Shown piece after piece: positions 36,300 through 45,923 of a stretch of DNA of 64,000 nucleotides. The DNA is from a virus (taxonomy: Duplodnaviria > Heunggongvirae > Uroviricota > Caudoviricetes). Position numbers and translations under genes: made by a program. The notes below the pieces were generated by a model. That model was not told the origin of the DNA, made no database searches, and saw nothing but the letters and a program-made list of their open reading frames with translations. The stretch covers positions 1,236 to 65,235 of IMG/VR virus record IMGVR_UViG_2974615235_000001, one strand, 5' to 3'. Each line of letters opens with the position of its first letter. Within the stretch, counting starts at the first letter, position 1.

Positions 36300-36515
36300 T
36301 TATAGTCCCTCCTTCAACTTCTTCATAATATTCTCTGCCCCTACAACTGATACCTTACCACTCTCAATCAAAGCAGGAATACCTCTCACACCTGCCTTTT
36401 GAGCTTCTTCCATGTTAGTGTCAATGTCTAACACCTCTACGTCAAGGTTATTTTCTTCGATATACTTCTTTACAGGCTGACAAGCCGAACACCAAGCCGC
36501 TGATGCTAATTTCAT
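36300..36515 (-). CDS. glutaredoxin/NrdH-like redoxin
   Basis: 71 aa; CxxC (WCSACQ) thioredoxin-fold active site; linked to nrd genes. Confidence 0.55.
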   Translation of the reverse strand: MKLASAAWCSACQPVKKYIEENNLDVEVLDIDTNMEEAQKAGVRGIPALIESGKVSVVGAENIMKKLKEGL

Positions 36516-36736
36516 TCTTTCTCCTCTTCTACTTCTAGGAATAACTTCTTTGCTAATTCTAAACCTTTAATAAGGCGGTTAACCTCGTGGATGTCTAATA
36601 CCTCTGTGAGGATGTCTACTGCCAGTAGTTTACCACCTTCCCCGTTTACAAACTCTAGAGTTATATTGTCGTCAACAACAATTTCCTCTACCTCTTCCTC
36701 GATAGGATCACCTTCTAAATTCACTCTCACAATCAT
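36512..36736 (-). CDS. hypothetical acidic protein
   Basis: 74 aa; ATGA overlap. Confidence 0.3.
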   Translation of the reverse strand: MIVRVNLEGDPIEEEVEEIVVDDNITLEFVNGEGGKLLAVDILTEVLDIHEVNRLIKGLELAKKLFLEVEEEKE

Positions 36737-36760
36737 TCTCCTTTATTTAAGGTAGAGATA

Positions 36761-36788
36761 TATTCTACCACAATTTTGTCTAAAGTCA
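36761..36788 (-). promoter_or_regulatory. sigma70-like promoter candidate (TTGACT-N16-TAGAAT, minus strand)
   Basis: Plus-strand attcta 36761-66 and agtcaa 36783-88; about 25 nt upstream of the ATG at 36736. Confidence 0.3.
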
Positions 36789-37133
36789 ATCACTACTTTC
36801 GTTAGCTTCGTTTAACCAGCTTATCTCTATCCTACACGGCTCATGTCTGGTGATTTGATATCCCCTCTCCTCTAGCTCCTCTACTAGGAAGTTAACATAT
36901 TCTTCTTCTGAGAATACTTGTCCTTCGAAGTTGTAGTTTACCTTACTAGCACTACTTAACATATCAGCCGAAAAGATAACGCTATTATGTACTTTAAGGG
37001 TTAAAGACGGGAAACCTTTACTAGCTAGATTGCGAATGTTTTTAACCACCTCGCATCTAAAGTCCGCCATTGTCTCCGCATTTACCTCTTTTAGAGAAAA
37101 AGAATTCGCATGAGGTATTTCCGTTTTAGTCAT
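36786..37133 (-). CDS. hypothetical protein
   Basis: 115 aa ORF. Confidence 0.3.
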   Translation of the reverse strand: MTKTEIPHANSFSLKEVNAETMADFRCEVVKNIRNLASKGFPSLTLKVHNSVIFSADMLSSASKVNYNFEGQVFSEEEYVNFLVEELEERGYQITRHEPCRIEISWLNEANESSD

Positions 37134-37143
37134 ACTTTACCTC

Positions 37144-37797
37144 CTATTCACAAACTAAATTAGGTTCTTTGAAACATGAATGCCCTTTTAATACTTTCCC
37201 GTTCTCATTAAAGAACACTACAAAGTCCTCCCCTTCAAAAGAACGTACTTCTTTACTTACTGCGTGTTGCGGATACGCTTGAACAACTTCTGCATAGTAG
37301 CTTTCAGTGTACTCTTCCAAAGGAATAAATTTTGATAAATTACTCTCCAACACGCTTTCACAGTTTGCTTCGTAGTGTGTTTCATCGCATACCAATACAG
37401 TAAGTAATGTATGTACCATAGCTGAATGGTCTGAGTAGAAATCATAATTATGGAAATCCTCTGGTTTAGTGTCAATGTAAGTGTTAAGTTCTTCTTCTAA
37501 ATCTAACGCATTGTAACCTTGGTCGAAACAAGAATCCCAGTAATACAGGAAATCTTTCTCAGGTACTAAAGGTGCTAATGTAACTAGCCCATCAATAATA
37601 CCATCCATGAACTCTATTTCATTCTTGCTATCAATAATCTCTTGTAGTTCACTCTTGATAATGGGAATCTGCTTAGACTCCACTACTCCATCAGGGTTAG
37701 CGATAGCATTGAATTTATACACTTCTCTGTGAAACCATGTCAAATCGTAGTCGTAGTGTCTTAGTAGTTTACTCTTATACATTCTATTCCTCCTCAA
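37144..37797 (-). CDS. hypothetical protein
   Basis: 217 aa ORF. Confidence 0.3.
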   Translation of the reverse strand: MRRNRMYKSKLLRHYDYDLTWFHREVYKFNAIANPDGVVESKQIPIIKSELQEIIDSKNEIEFMDGIIDGLVTLAPLVPEKDFLYYWDSCFDQGYNALDLEEELNTYIDTKPEDFHNYDFYSDHSAMVHTLLTVLVCDETHYEANCESVLESNLSKFIPLEEYTESYYAEVVQAYPQHAVSKEVRSFEGEDFVVFFNENGKVLKGHSCFKEPNLVCE

Positions 37798-37975
37798 TCT
37801 GTTTAGAGATGTCTTTTATTTCCTTACCTGTCTCAATGATAACTTGCTTAACTCCTCCTGCCTCGTTGACAGTGTGAACTAAGTAAGAACAAGACCCTAC
37901 AAAGGCTACTGCCATCAGTATCATAATACCAATTACTGCCTTAATAATATTATTTGATGTTTTACGTGTATTCAT
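37784..37975 (-). CDS. small membrane protein
   Basis: 63 aa; one TM; RBS AGGAGAT; preceded by conserved upstream element. Confidence 0.35.
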   Translation of the reverse strand: MNTRKTSNNIIKAVIGIMILMAVAFVGSCSYLVHTVNEAGGVKQVIIETGKEIKDISKQIEEE

Positions 37976-38068
37976 TTTATATCTCCTATTTGCTCCTGTA
38001 AAGCTCTCTCGGAGGACTTCTCACCTCTCCCTATACAATCACCTTACTTAATGTTTAAACCTCTTAAA
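37976..38068 (-). repeat. intergenic repeat element, copy B (about 85 nt upstream element with TAAGGTGATTGTATAGGGAGAGG core)
   Basis: Minus-strand reading ggtttaaacattaagTAAGGTGATTGTATAGGGAGAGGtgagaagtcctccgagagagctttacaggagcaaataggagatataaaATG; roughly 75% identical to copy D (not computed). Confidence 0.6.
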
Positions 38069-38075
38069 ATGACTC

Positions 38076-38726
38076 TCAGGTGCTCTTAATCATACGCTCG
38101 AACCACTCTGTTTCCTCTGGAGTTTCTACTTGAGAGTACCTGTCTCCCCAAAGTTTACTATGCAGTTGGTCTAAATCCCTAATGTAAGTAACTCCCTCTG
38201 CACCTTGGTTAAAAGGATAAGATATAAGGTAAGTGTCAATCCCTAAGTTCTTAGCCTTTAGTGCATGGTCTTTATTATCCTCTACAAACACTGCGGGGTC
38301 AAGACGTTTTAACACTTTTTCTTTGCACTGGCCTAACCCTAGAATGATAGTATCGCTGATAAGGCCATCGAAAACTACACGAAGGTAATCCTCTCTAAAA
38401 GAATTATTATAGGGGCAACTCCCAAAGGAAGTCACTACCACTACCTCATACCCTAGACTAACAAAACCTCTGATAGCTTCTTTTGCATTGTCTAACGGGT
38501 ACAAGCATCTTGGGAATCCGTTGAACTCTTTTACTAAGGTTACGAAGTCCTCCTTACACATATTGAGGCCATCTTTCGCTTCAAACCATGTGTGCATATC
38601 GTAGGTGTCTTGGTTAGATAAAGGGTCTATGTGCCATCCGTATGTTTGCTCCACCCAATCAATAAAACCTCCATGCCAGTCTAGCAATACTCCGTCACAA
38701 TCCAGTGCTATAATTTGCTTAGTCAT
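38076..38726 (-). CDS. HAD-superfamily 5'(3')-deoxyribonucleotidase-like protein
   Basis: 216 aa; N-terminal DxDGV motif (ALDCDGVLLDW) typical of HAD phosphatases/NT5C-type nucleotidases. Confidence 0.5.
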   Translation of the reverse strand: MTKQIIALDCDGVLLDWHGGFIDWVEQTYGWHIDPLSNQDTYDMHTWFEAKDGLNMCKEDFVTLVKEFNGFPRCLYPLDNAKEAIRGFVSLGYEVVVVTSFGSCPYNNSFREDYLRVVFDGLISDTIILGLGQCKEKVLKRLDPAVFVEDNKDHALKAKNLGIDTYLISYPFNQGAEGVTYIRDLDQLHSKLWGDRYSQVETPEETEWFERMIKST

Positions 38727-39207
38727 TTAAAAACTCCTCTTGAAAGTATTTATCTACCATGTCCCTCCCTTCAGAATTAAGTGTTACGTTGTGCATACCT
38801 CTGATATGCCCTATAGGGAAATCGACATTAACTCCCTCCGTGAAAAGGTCGTCAATAAACTTTTCAAACTTACCTTCCTTAGCGTCAATCTCACCTTCTT
38901 TCTTCTGCCAGTACTTACTCTGACTCCCAAAGTGGTACGCTAAGAAAGCTGCATTACACATGATATGACCTACATGAGGTAAACCGCTCTCAGGGTCTAC
39001 ATCCTCCCCTGAGTAGAATGCGTCTATGTGCCTTAACATACTGTCTAAGAGTTTATCTTTAGGGAAGCCCCTTTGCCAGTTGTTCCTTTCATATTTATTA
39101 GCTCCGAACTCCATTACTGCCACCATATCTTTTAAAGCTGGCATTACGTCAAGGATGTAGCTTAGTTCAGGTTTATTATCGTTAAATCTCATTGCTTGTT
39201 CTGTCAT
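38719..39207 (-). CDS. putative nucleotide pyrophosphohydrolase (dATP/dGTP diphosphohydrolase-like N-terminal domain)
   Basis: 162 aa; GANKYERNNW...LPHVGH pattern; weak recall-based assignment. Confidence 0.25.
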   Translation of the reverse strand: MTEQAMRFNDNKPELSYILDVMPALKDMVAVMEFGANKYERNNWQRGFPKDKLLDSMLRHIDAFYSGEDVDPESGLPHVGHIMCNAAFLAYHFGSQSKYWQKKEGEIDAKEGKFEKFIDDLFTEGVNVDFPIGHIRGMHNVTLNSEGRDMVDKYFQEEFLND

Positions 39208-39215
39208 AGCCCCTC

Positions 39216-40439
39216 CTACGCCAACTGTATCACATGAAAATCTTTAATAGTGTTACGTCCAATACGTTCCTCTGGTGTATGTAACATTACCACTTGAGAT
39301 GGTACAGAACTAAAACCAATAATCCCTGAATACTCTGTACCACCCTCATCTACCCCAAAGAATGCTCCGTTTAATACCAGACGGTGGCTATCATAAGAAC
39401 ACGTATGGTGCATATCCCCACACCTGAAGTACTCTACATGCTTTTTAATCTGCTGTCCACGTTTTTTCATTTGGTCTGTCATAGATTTTTCTGTGGCGGA
39501 GTTGAAATAACCATGTTCTGCAATGAGGTAGTTACCATAAATGTTAAGGTAACCAAATACACCCTCTGGAATTATAAAGTCTACATTCTTGAAGTCACAA
39601 CCCTTGGCTAGAAGTTCCCATGTCTTGTAAATAGTGTAGTCATAGCTGTATAAGCCTGCTTTAAACATGTCCATTCCTTTGTGTTGACTACTTCCATGAT
39701 TTCCCGCAATACACAATACGTCAGTATCAATCCCTAGAGAAAACAGAGGGTACAAAACTTTTTCCCAAACATACGTAATAGCGTTTGCCATTTGTTCTGA
39801 TAAACCACTATCGGTAGATGTGGCAGATTGGATACCATGCTTCATGTGGTCTTCTACAATATCACCTAAAGACTCAAAAACAATACGCTCAATGTAGTAA
39901 CGATCTGACATACGATCAATGTACGCAAGGATTTCTTTACCGTACTCTTCTATAGCCTTGATAGCCTTTTCAGTATTAAATTGTTCCCCTACCTTGCCAA
40001 TTTGTAAATCACTGAAAAGAATCTCTACTGTAGCAGGAGGTTTATTATCTAAATTATCTTTTTTAGGTAGTTCTACTACAGGGTTAGGGTTAATACGACC
40101 TACAACGTTCTCTACAGCTTTAATGTGTGCTTTAAAGTTAACGTCTTGGTCAAATACCTCTCGTTGTATTCTACGTAACTGTGTGTTAGTACGTTGTGCT
40201 GTACGCAGACGCTTGGCTAAGTTAGAGATTGCAGTGTCGGGGCTTTCACAAAGAGTCTCAATCTCTGCGTCATTAAGTTCCTCTTCCTCAGATTCTGATA
40301 AACTTGCAATATAACTGTTGTAGTAATCATTAATAGTGCTCTTACCTCGACCAATCATTTCACCAATCTTACGAGAGGCTGTACCTTTCAATTTCTCTTC
40401 TACAATGACTTTCTTCTCTTGCTCTGTTAATCGACTCAT
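39216..40439 (-). CDS. SbcD/Mre11-like calcineurin-type metallophosphoesterase with N-terminal HTH
   Basis: 407 aa; motifs FSDLQIG (motif I), IAGNHG (GNHD/E), CGDMHH; N-terminal HTH-like KGTASRKIGEMIGRGKSTIN. Confidence 0.5.
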   Translation of the reverse strand: MSRLTEQEKKVIVEEKLKGTASRKIGEMIGRGKSTINDYYNSYIASLSESEEEELNDAEIETLCESPDTAISNLAKRLRTAQRTNTQLRRIQREVFDQDVNFKAHIKAVENVVGRINPNPVVELPKKDNLDNKPPATVEILFSDLQIGKVGEQFNTEKAIKAIEEYGKEILAYIDRMSDRYYIERIVFESLGDIVEDHMKHGIQSATSTDSGLSEQMANAITYVWEKVLYPLFSLGIDTDVLCIAGNHGSSQHKGMDMFKAGLYSYDYTIYKTWELLAKGCDFKNVDFIIPEGVFGYLNIYGNYLIAEHGYFNSATEKSMTDQMKKRGQQIKKHVEYFRCGDMHHTCSYDSHRLVLNGAFFGVDEGGTEYSGIIGFSSVPSQVVMLHTPEERIGRNTIKDFHVIQLA

Positions 40440-40658
40440 CTACTCCCCCTCTTTCATTTTAAAACTTTCAATCTCTCTGATACACTCTTTACTTAGTTCC
40501 TCTTGTCCTCTTAATATAGCTGCTGCTGTACATACAGAGACCATACTTTGACACTCACTATTAGAGAAAGTCTCTTTTAAAGCTAGTTTTTGAAACGGCG
40601 CTAATGTTAATTCTAATTCCTCTAAAAATTCTTCATACTTCTCTGATAACTTACTCAA
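40440..40658 (-). CDS. hypothetical protein
   Basis: 72 aa. Confidence 0.25.
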   Translation of the reverse strand: MSKLSEKYEEFLEELELTLAPFQKLALKETFSNSECQSMVSVCTAAAILRGQEELSKECIREIESFKMKEGE

Positions 40659-40840
40659 TTCAATTCTCCTTTATCTTTACTAATATCACCAAACATACTC
40701 ATCCTACCATCACGTACTTCTTTTTGCATAGATAAATATTCGTAGTAGTCCGACATGCGTTCGAAGCAAATTGTACTTTTAGAATCCTTCACCTCTGTAA
40801 CTATAACCATGGCGAAGTGTCCTTCTGGGATATCACTCAT
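40655..40840 (-). CDS. hypothetical protein
   Basis: 61 aa; ATGA overlap. Confidence 0.25.
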   Translation of the reverse strand: MSDIPEGHFAMVIVTEVKDSKSTICFERMSDYYEYLSMQKEVRDGRMSMFGDISKDKGELN

Positions 40841-41093
40841 TACCTACCTCCATATAAACTATTCTAACCTTTACAGCCTCTAATTCTACATCAGGGTCGG
40901 TATAATGGTCCTTGTATTTAGGATAAAATCCATGCCTTTTAAAAGCACTTTCAGCTTTACCTTTACTGTTGTAAGTCAATATTCTTTCATTAGCAGAATC
41001 AGCAACTTTAACAAGCTTTCTATCTCTAGGATTCCCTGCTGCAATTACCTTCCTACACTTAGACACGATAATCCATGTATCTTTCTCAATCAT
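40833..41093 (-). CDS. hypothetical protein
   Basis: 86 aa. Confidence 0.3.
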   Translation of the reverse strand: MIEKDTWIIVSKCRKVIAAGNPRDRKLVKVADSANERILTYNSKGKAESAFKRHGFYPKYKDHYTDPDVELEAVKVRIVYMEVGNE

Positions 41094-41251
41094 ATTACTA
41101 ACCTCCTACCAGATAATCTCTAAACATATCTATCATTAACGCCCTATCTTTCAAGTCTTCCTCTGTTATATCACTTGATTGCACAAGAAACGTCAACTCT
41201 TTGCAAAACTCTTGTACATCGCTCTCTAAACCTTGTTGTAGGGAGAGTATA

Positions 41252-41887
41252 TCATTCTCCATTATAAGTCTCCTTCATAAAAGCCTCTACAAGTTGTTTG
41301 CGCCTCTTAGTCGCGTTGCTTTCTGGCTTAATACCTAAACCTTCTAGTACTTCGTTTACTATACCTTGTTTCTCCATCTCTATAACTTCCTTAGTAGCCT
41401 TAGCCTCCTCAAAGGTTATACCTTGCCTTTCCGCATAGGATTTAATTTTATGGGCTTCCTTCTTCACTAACTGCAAAGAATCTGGGGGAGGTACGAGGTG
41501 CTTTATAAACTCTAGTATATCTTCCTCTGATAGTAGAGACACATTACCGTGTTTATGATCCACCTCAGACGCACTTTTTCCCACCCACTCTCCTGTCAGC
41601 GCACAGTAGCTGCCTGTCTTAGCTCTCCCTGTATACCCGCTTGGAGGTTTACTAACATTCTTATTTTTAAAGTCCAGTTTTATTGGAGACTTCTCCCAAA
41701 GCCCCCTTCTCAAACCTCCCCGCAGGTAAGACCAAAAAGATGCCTCTGTTTTCCATATATGAGGATACCACTCCCAAGGTTTAAATGGTTCATCTGTACT
41801 CACTATTTTCCCTCCAGTAATTAAGCACATCAGGTCTTCTAACGATTCTAGACAAGTTAGATTCGGATACTTCAAATTTCCTCGCAA
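41252..41887 (-). CDS. hypothetical protein (possible nuclease-related; C..TGE..EVDHKHGN)
   Basis: 211 aa ORF. Confidence 0.3.
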   Translation of the reverse strand: MRGNLKYPNLTCLESLEDLMCLITGGKIVSTDEPFKPWEWYPHIWKTEASFWSYLRGGLRRGLWEKSPIKLDFKNKNVSKPPSGYTGRAKTGSYCALTGEWVGKSASEVDHKHGNVSLLSEEDILEFIKHLVPPPDSLQLVKKEAHKIKSYAERQGITFEEAKATKEVIEMEKQGIVNEVLEGLGIKPESNATKRRKQLVEAFMKETYNGE

Positions 41888-42602
41888 CCTCTTTTAAACT
41901 CTCCCTATTGACATATACACAATCCAACATAGTAATAAAGTCCTCAGGTGGTAGGTTATTCTTGTAAGGCTGGTTGAATTTTTCTGCCCGTTTCCCTTTA
42001 ACTGCCTCTCTTAAAGACCAACCTCTTTTTAGTCTGTAGGTTAGAGTGTTCTGCTTTACTCCTATTTTATCTGCCAGTTCTGAAAGGGTGTACCTAGTAC
42101 CTTCATACTTTACAATATGGTTAGCTGAGAAATTATTACATTGCTGTTTTTGAGTTGCCCATCTACAATTAGTTGGCTCATAATCCCCTTCGTTATCTTT
42201 TCTATCTAAACTATAAGTGTTGTCAGGTTTTTCTCCTACGTCTTTTAAGAAATTCTCAAAGGATTCTAACCATCTGTCACACACCTTTATGCCTCTGCCT
42301 CCGTACCTGTGGTAACTAGGGTGATTGCCGTGGTAACATCTCGCTATCATTCCTCTGTATGTTTTGTACAAAGGGTGGTAGGAAAGTCCATGCGTCACCT
42401 TACTTTTGTTAATATGGTTAACTGTGCAATGATTACAACCTTTAGTGCCTCTATTTCTCATATTGGAAATAAGTCTTTCTTGGATATTGCCACAAGAGCA
42501 TATAATATCTAGTTTACGTACTCCGTTAAAAAACACCCTGTTTATTTTAAAACCTCTGTAAATATCCCCCTCTTTGAGATTTCCGTCTTTAGTTTTCCTC
42601 AT
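41790..42602 (-). CDS. HNH homing endonuclease
   Basis: 270 aa; Cys-rich zinc module and YSLDRKDNEGDYEPTNCRWATQKQQ HNH_3-type core; C-terminal DNA-binding region. Confidence 0.6.
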   Translation of the reverse strand: MRKTKDGNLKEGDIYRGFKINRVFFNGVRKLDIICSCGNIQERLISNMRNRGTKGCNHCTVNHINKSKVTHGLSYHPLYKTYRGMIARCYHGNHPSYHRYGGRGIKVCDRWLESFENFLKDVGEKPDNTYSLDRKDNEGDYEPTNCRWATQKQQCNNFSANHIVKYEGTRYTLSELADKIGVKQNTLTYRLKRGWSLREAVKGKRAEKFNQPYKNNLPPEDFITMLDCVYVNRESLKEVARKFEVSESNLSRIVRRPDVLNYWRENSEYR

Positions 42603-43689
42603 CCAACATCCCCATCTTTTTAAGAATCTTCTTAATACAAGTCTTATCGTCTTCCTTACGTTTCATATAAGCAAGCTGAAATTGCATATCAAGCACGTCT
42701 AACCAAGTTGCAGTATGTTTATTATCTTGCCAATCTAAATACTCGAAAGGTTCTTCACCATACCACTCTTTGTATTTCTTAACAATAAGTTCTAGGCATT
42801 GTTTGTGGTTAGAACATTTTTGTAAAGCTGTATAAGCAGTCTTACTTCCCCATCTAGGTTTCTTGCGTTTCTCCCCAATCTTACCATCTATAAGAACCCT
42901 AGTGTAAGTGTCACGACTGCAATAGTTGTCAGCCCCATCTGCACATATAATCTGGTAGTAGAGAAACTTCCAACCCTCTCCTTTTACGTCAGGGACTTTC
43001 AAAGTAGTGTCAATCCACAAGTCACCGAACCCTTTGACAAAATGAGGCTCTTCCTCTTTCTCGTAGTTAAACCACCAACCCTCTGCTTGACGTGCATCTT
43101 TGTCTTGGGTGGCCCCGATAACCTTACTACCCTCTTTAAATCCCTCTGTCACACGTATGACAACTTGATCGTCTGTTTCCATTCCATCTATCTCTATAGC
43201 TCCTAGAGAATTGATTGCGTAAGTTTTCAATTCTTTAAGCAACACAGGTCTGATAGTGTTTTCACGATTTCCTTTATACTTTACCGCTAAAGGTAGTTCG
43301 TCTCTAAAATTACCTGTACCATCAATGTACAACTCCATGTTGTCGGGGTGACATTTAGTTTTCTTACAGATATTGTCTAGTCTACGCTTAAGAGTGTTAA
43401 TGGCAAAGCTAACTTTCTCAGGCTTCTGTACGTCTTCTACTTCAAAAAGTTCTTTGTCAAAGTCAATACCTTGCATGAACTCTCTGAACTGCGTTCTGTT
43501 CTTAAACAACCCTATGCCTAGTGAGAGTGTATTAGTGTATTGTACAAGGCGCTCTTCACAAGCAGCAGCCGTGATAAACACTTGCTCGTCCATATCAATA
43601 ACCAAAGTCACATCAGGGTCAACCTCCCAAGGGATGATATCCTTTAAGTCATCTTCTGTGACCTTTCCTTTCTTAGTGAATTTCTTCAA
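42589..43689 (-). CDS. putative 5'-3' exonuclease / flap endonuclease (RNase H-like, PIN-5'nuclease fold)
   Basis: 366 aa; acidic clusters LVIDMDEQVF, EIDGMETDDQVV, ICADGADNY resembling FEN/T4 RNase H/T5 D15 metal-binding motifs. Confidence 0.4.
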   Translation of the reverse strand: MKKFTKKGKVTEDDLKDIIPWEVDPDVTLVIDMDEQVFITAAACEERLVQYTNTLSLGIGLFKNRTQFREFMQGIDFDKELFEVEDVQKPEKVSFAINTLKRRLDNICKKTKCHPDNMELYIDGTGNFRDELPLAVKYKGNRENTIRPVLLKELKTYAINSLGAIEIDGMETDDQVVIRVTEGFKEGSKVIGATQDKDARQAEGWWFNYEKEEEPHFVKGFGDLWIDTTLKVPDVKGEGWKFLYYQIICADGADNYCSRDTYTRVLIDGKIGEKRKKPRWGSKTAYTALQKCSNHKQCLELIVKKYKEWYGEEPFEYLDWQDNKHTATWLDVLDMQFQLAYMKRKEDDKTCIKKILKKMGMLDEEN

Positions 43690-43817
43690 TAGTGTTCTCC
43701 TCTTGTTATGTGCCTATATCATCACATTACCTCTGATATTACCTTTAATGTTCTCATATAGACACACTACGTTGTATACAAAAATAGAGGGAAGGAAAAG
43801 CTCCCTCCCTCTTTAGA

Positions 43818-44108
43818 CTATCCCTCAGATTGCTCTTCTTCAGGATAATCACGTTGCCCTGTCAAAATTTCATGATTACTCAAAGCCGTAGCACGTTCTT
43901 CAATCTCATCTTCAATCTTATTCTTATCAATCTGTACTTTCACCACAGCGTTAAACTCTTTAGGAGTGACACCGTACTTCTCTACCGCGTCGTCTACGAT
44001 AGCTTTCTTATCCTCTCGTAGCATCTTGATTTCATTCTCAAGGTTAGCTACATTCTGTACCTTTTGTAGGTAGTCCTTACGTTGTGCTTTATCTTTAGGG
44101 ATGTACAT
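43818..44108 (-). CDS. hypothetical protein
   Basis: 96 aa coiled-coil-like; preceded by repeat element copy C. Confidence 0.3.
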   Translation of the reverse strand: MYIPKDKAQRKDYLQKVQNVANLENEIKMLREDKKAIVDDAVEKYGVTPKEFNAVVKVQIDKNKIEDEIEERATALSNHEILTGQRDYPEEEQSEG

Positions 44109-44232
44109 ATTTACTCTCCTTATAATTCTCTTTGTAAAGCCCTCTAAGAAGACTTCTCTGTAAAGGTATACAATGCCTTTAATTTAGTGAGAAGTCCTCT
44201 CAGGATGGCGTATGCTTCGTTATATGACGTTA
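44109..44232 (-). repeat. intergenic repeat element, copy C
   Basis: Minus-strand aaggcattgtatacc...gagaagtcttcttagagggctttacaaagag; also gagaagtcctctcagg on the plus strand at 44187-44205. Confidence 0.5.
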
Positions 44233-45195
44233 TTAATCTTCATCATCTAAGTTAAACGGATTCTCATCATCCTCTGGTTCTTCGTCAGGTTCTTGTTCTA
44301 CCTTAGAAGGACGTTTTGGTTTAGTGACAGTCTTTTTAGGTTTATCTTCCTCAGAGCCATCACTAGAACCACCCCCTAGACGACCTGCCTCCTCAAGCTC
44401 TTTCTTCAAACCAGAATCATCCCATTCCTTAGCTAGTTGAAGACGTTTAAGAATTTTACTATTAATCTGTTTAAGGTCTTCCTCATCATTGCCTCCGTCC
44501 ATCATTACTGCGAATGGCTCAATGTCATGCTCTGGCATAGGAATAGCTTTAGGCTTATTAGCAGGACTAGAGATTTTAACATTCATAAACTTCTCATCTT
44601 CCGACCAAGAGGCTTCAATACTCATCATAAACTCTGCACCAAGTAGTTCTCCTAAATCGAAGTCCTCTGGAACTTTACCCTTCTTAACTCCCGTCACTTT
44701 ACACAATGTAGCGATACGTGATTTAGGATTATAACCGTCCTTACTAGGATTAAGTGCGATAGGAGAAGCTGCCCCTTCCCAATCACCTGCTAGTAGTTCA
44801 CGGTAAGGTTTGAAATCTTCCTCATCCGAGTCTGAAGCAGGGTGCTTAGAGTAGTCAATGAGGATAGACGGGAAATCTACTGTCATCACTACTGTATCGT
44901 TGTCGCGGTTCTTAACGTAGAACTTGTCACCTTCAACACGACCAACACCTACTTTAATAAGTTTGTTCTGTTGTTCCGTATCTTCCCAATCGTATTCACG
45001 TTCTGCATCTTGGGGAGATTGCAAACCAGTGTCTACGATCCCTGAAATGAAGCATGGTTGTGTAGGCTCATCCCCGTCCTCAGTTCCTTCCATAATTCGA
45101 TCATATACGTAGTCATTCCACTCTTTCCATTGCTCATTAGAGATAGAAGAACCACCACCAGTGTTTACTTTAGCCTTTTTCTTAAATTTACTCAT
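44233..45195 (-). CDS. putative single-stranded DNA-binding protein (acidic C-terminal tail)
   Basis: 320 aa; extremely acidic C-terminus ...EPEDDENPFNLDDED reminiscent of SSB tails (DDDIPF); located next to the polymerase/helicase genes. Confidence 0.4.
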   Translation of the reverse strand: MSKFKKKAKVNTGGGSSISNEQWKEWNDYVYDRIMEGTEDGDEPTQPCFISGIVDTGLQSPQDAEREYDWEDTEQQNKLIKVGVGRVEGDKFYVKNRDNDTVVMTVDFPSILIDYSKHPASDSDEEDFKPYRELLAGDWEGAASPIALNPSKDGYNPKSRIATLCKVTGVKKGKVPEDFDLGELLGAEFMMSIEASWSEDEKFMNVKISSPANKPKAIPMPEHDIEPFAVMMDGGNDEEDLKQINSKILKRLQLAKEWDDSGLKKELEEAGRLGGGSSDGSEEDKPKKTVTKPKRPSKVEQEPDEEPEDDENPFNLDDED

Positions 45196-45434
45196 TACTT
45201 AGTTTCTCCTTCTGTGATTTTACCAGTTTGTTTAATTACTTGTACACTCTCATTTGGTTGAGGCGTAAGGTACAGTGTTGTGCCTTCGATAACAGCCTTT
45301 AGAGTGTTTGTTACTTTACAAGGCACTACCGTAGTAGCATTGTTTAAGGACTGTTGTACAGGGAATCCTGCAATATTGCCTTGCAATACGATAGTGTAAT
45401 ATTGTGTAGGGTCTACGTCAATAGTTTCTGACAT
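45195..45434 (-). CDS. hypothetical protein
   Basis: 79 aa; ATGA overlap. Confidence 0.3.
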   Translation of the reverse strand: MSETIDVDPTQYYTIVLQGNIAGFPVQQSLNNATTVVPCKVTNTLKAVIEGTTLYLTPQPNESVQVIKQTGKITEGETK

Positions 45435-45659
45435 TTATTTACTCTCCATTTTACGTTTCTGAATTTGAATACCTCGACTTACAAAGTCACCAATAATCTT
45501 ATGACCATCCATCACCTTCTCACGGTTATATCCTGCGGGACGACCATTAGTAATGTCATAAAGAAAATTATTCTCAGCAATCTTCTTTACAGACTCTTGT
45601 ACCACTTGAGGACTATCTTGTCCTAGTGATTGTAATAAATGAATTACTTTGTTAAACAT
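45435..45659 (-). CDS. hypothetical protein
   Basis: 74 aa. Confidence 0.3.
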   Translation of the reverse strand: MFNKVIHLLQSLGQDSPQVVQESVKKIAENNFLYDITNGRPAGYNREKVMDGHKIIGDFVSRGIQIQKRKMESK

Positions 45660-45671
45660 GTTTACTTCTCC

Positions 45672-45860
45672 TTATTCAAAAATTTTAGATAGACTCATAA
45701 AAAATAACACAATCACTAACAAAACTGCGGCTGGCAACCACATTGGCGAGAGAACCCACCACCAAGACCAATCAATATTATCTGTAAGCTTTAAACCTAC
45801 AAATAACACCGTTAGTAATGTGCAAATTCCGATACCACCTGATTGATTGTTGTCACTCAT
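45672..45860 (-). CDS. small membrane protein
   Basis: 62 aa; two hydrophobic segments. Confidence 0.3.
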   Translation of the reverse strand: MSDNNQSGGIGICTLLTVLFVGLKLTDNIDWSWWWVLSPMWLPAAVLLVIVLFFMSLSKIFE

Positions 45861-45923
45861 TTTACTTCTCCTTTTCTCTAGTTTATAAGCATATTATACC
45901 TGAACTGAAATAATATGCAAGGG

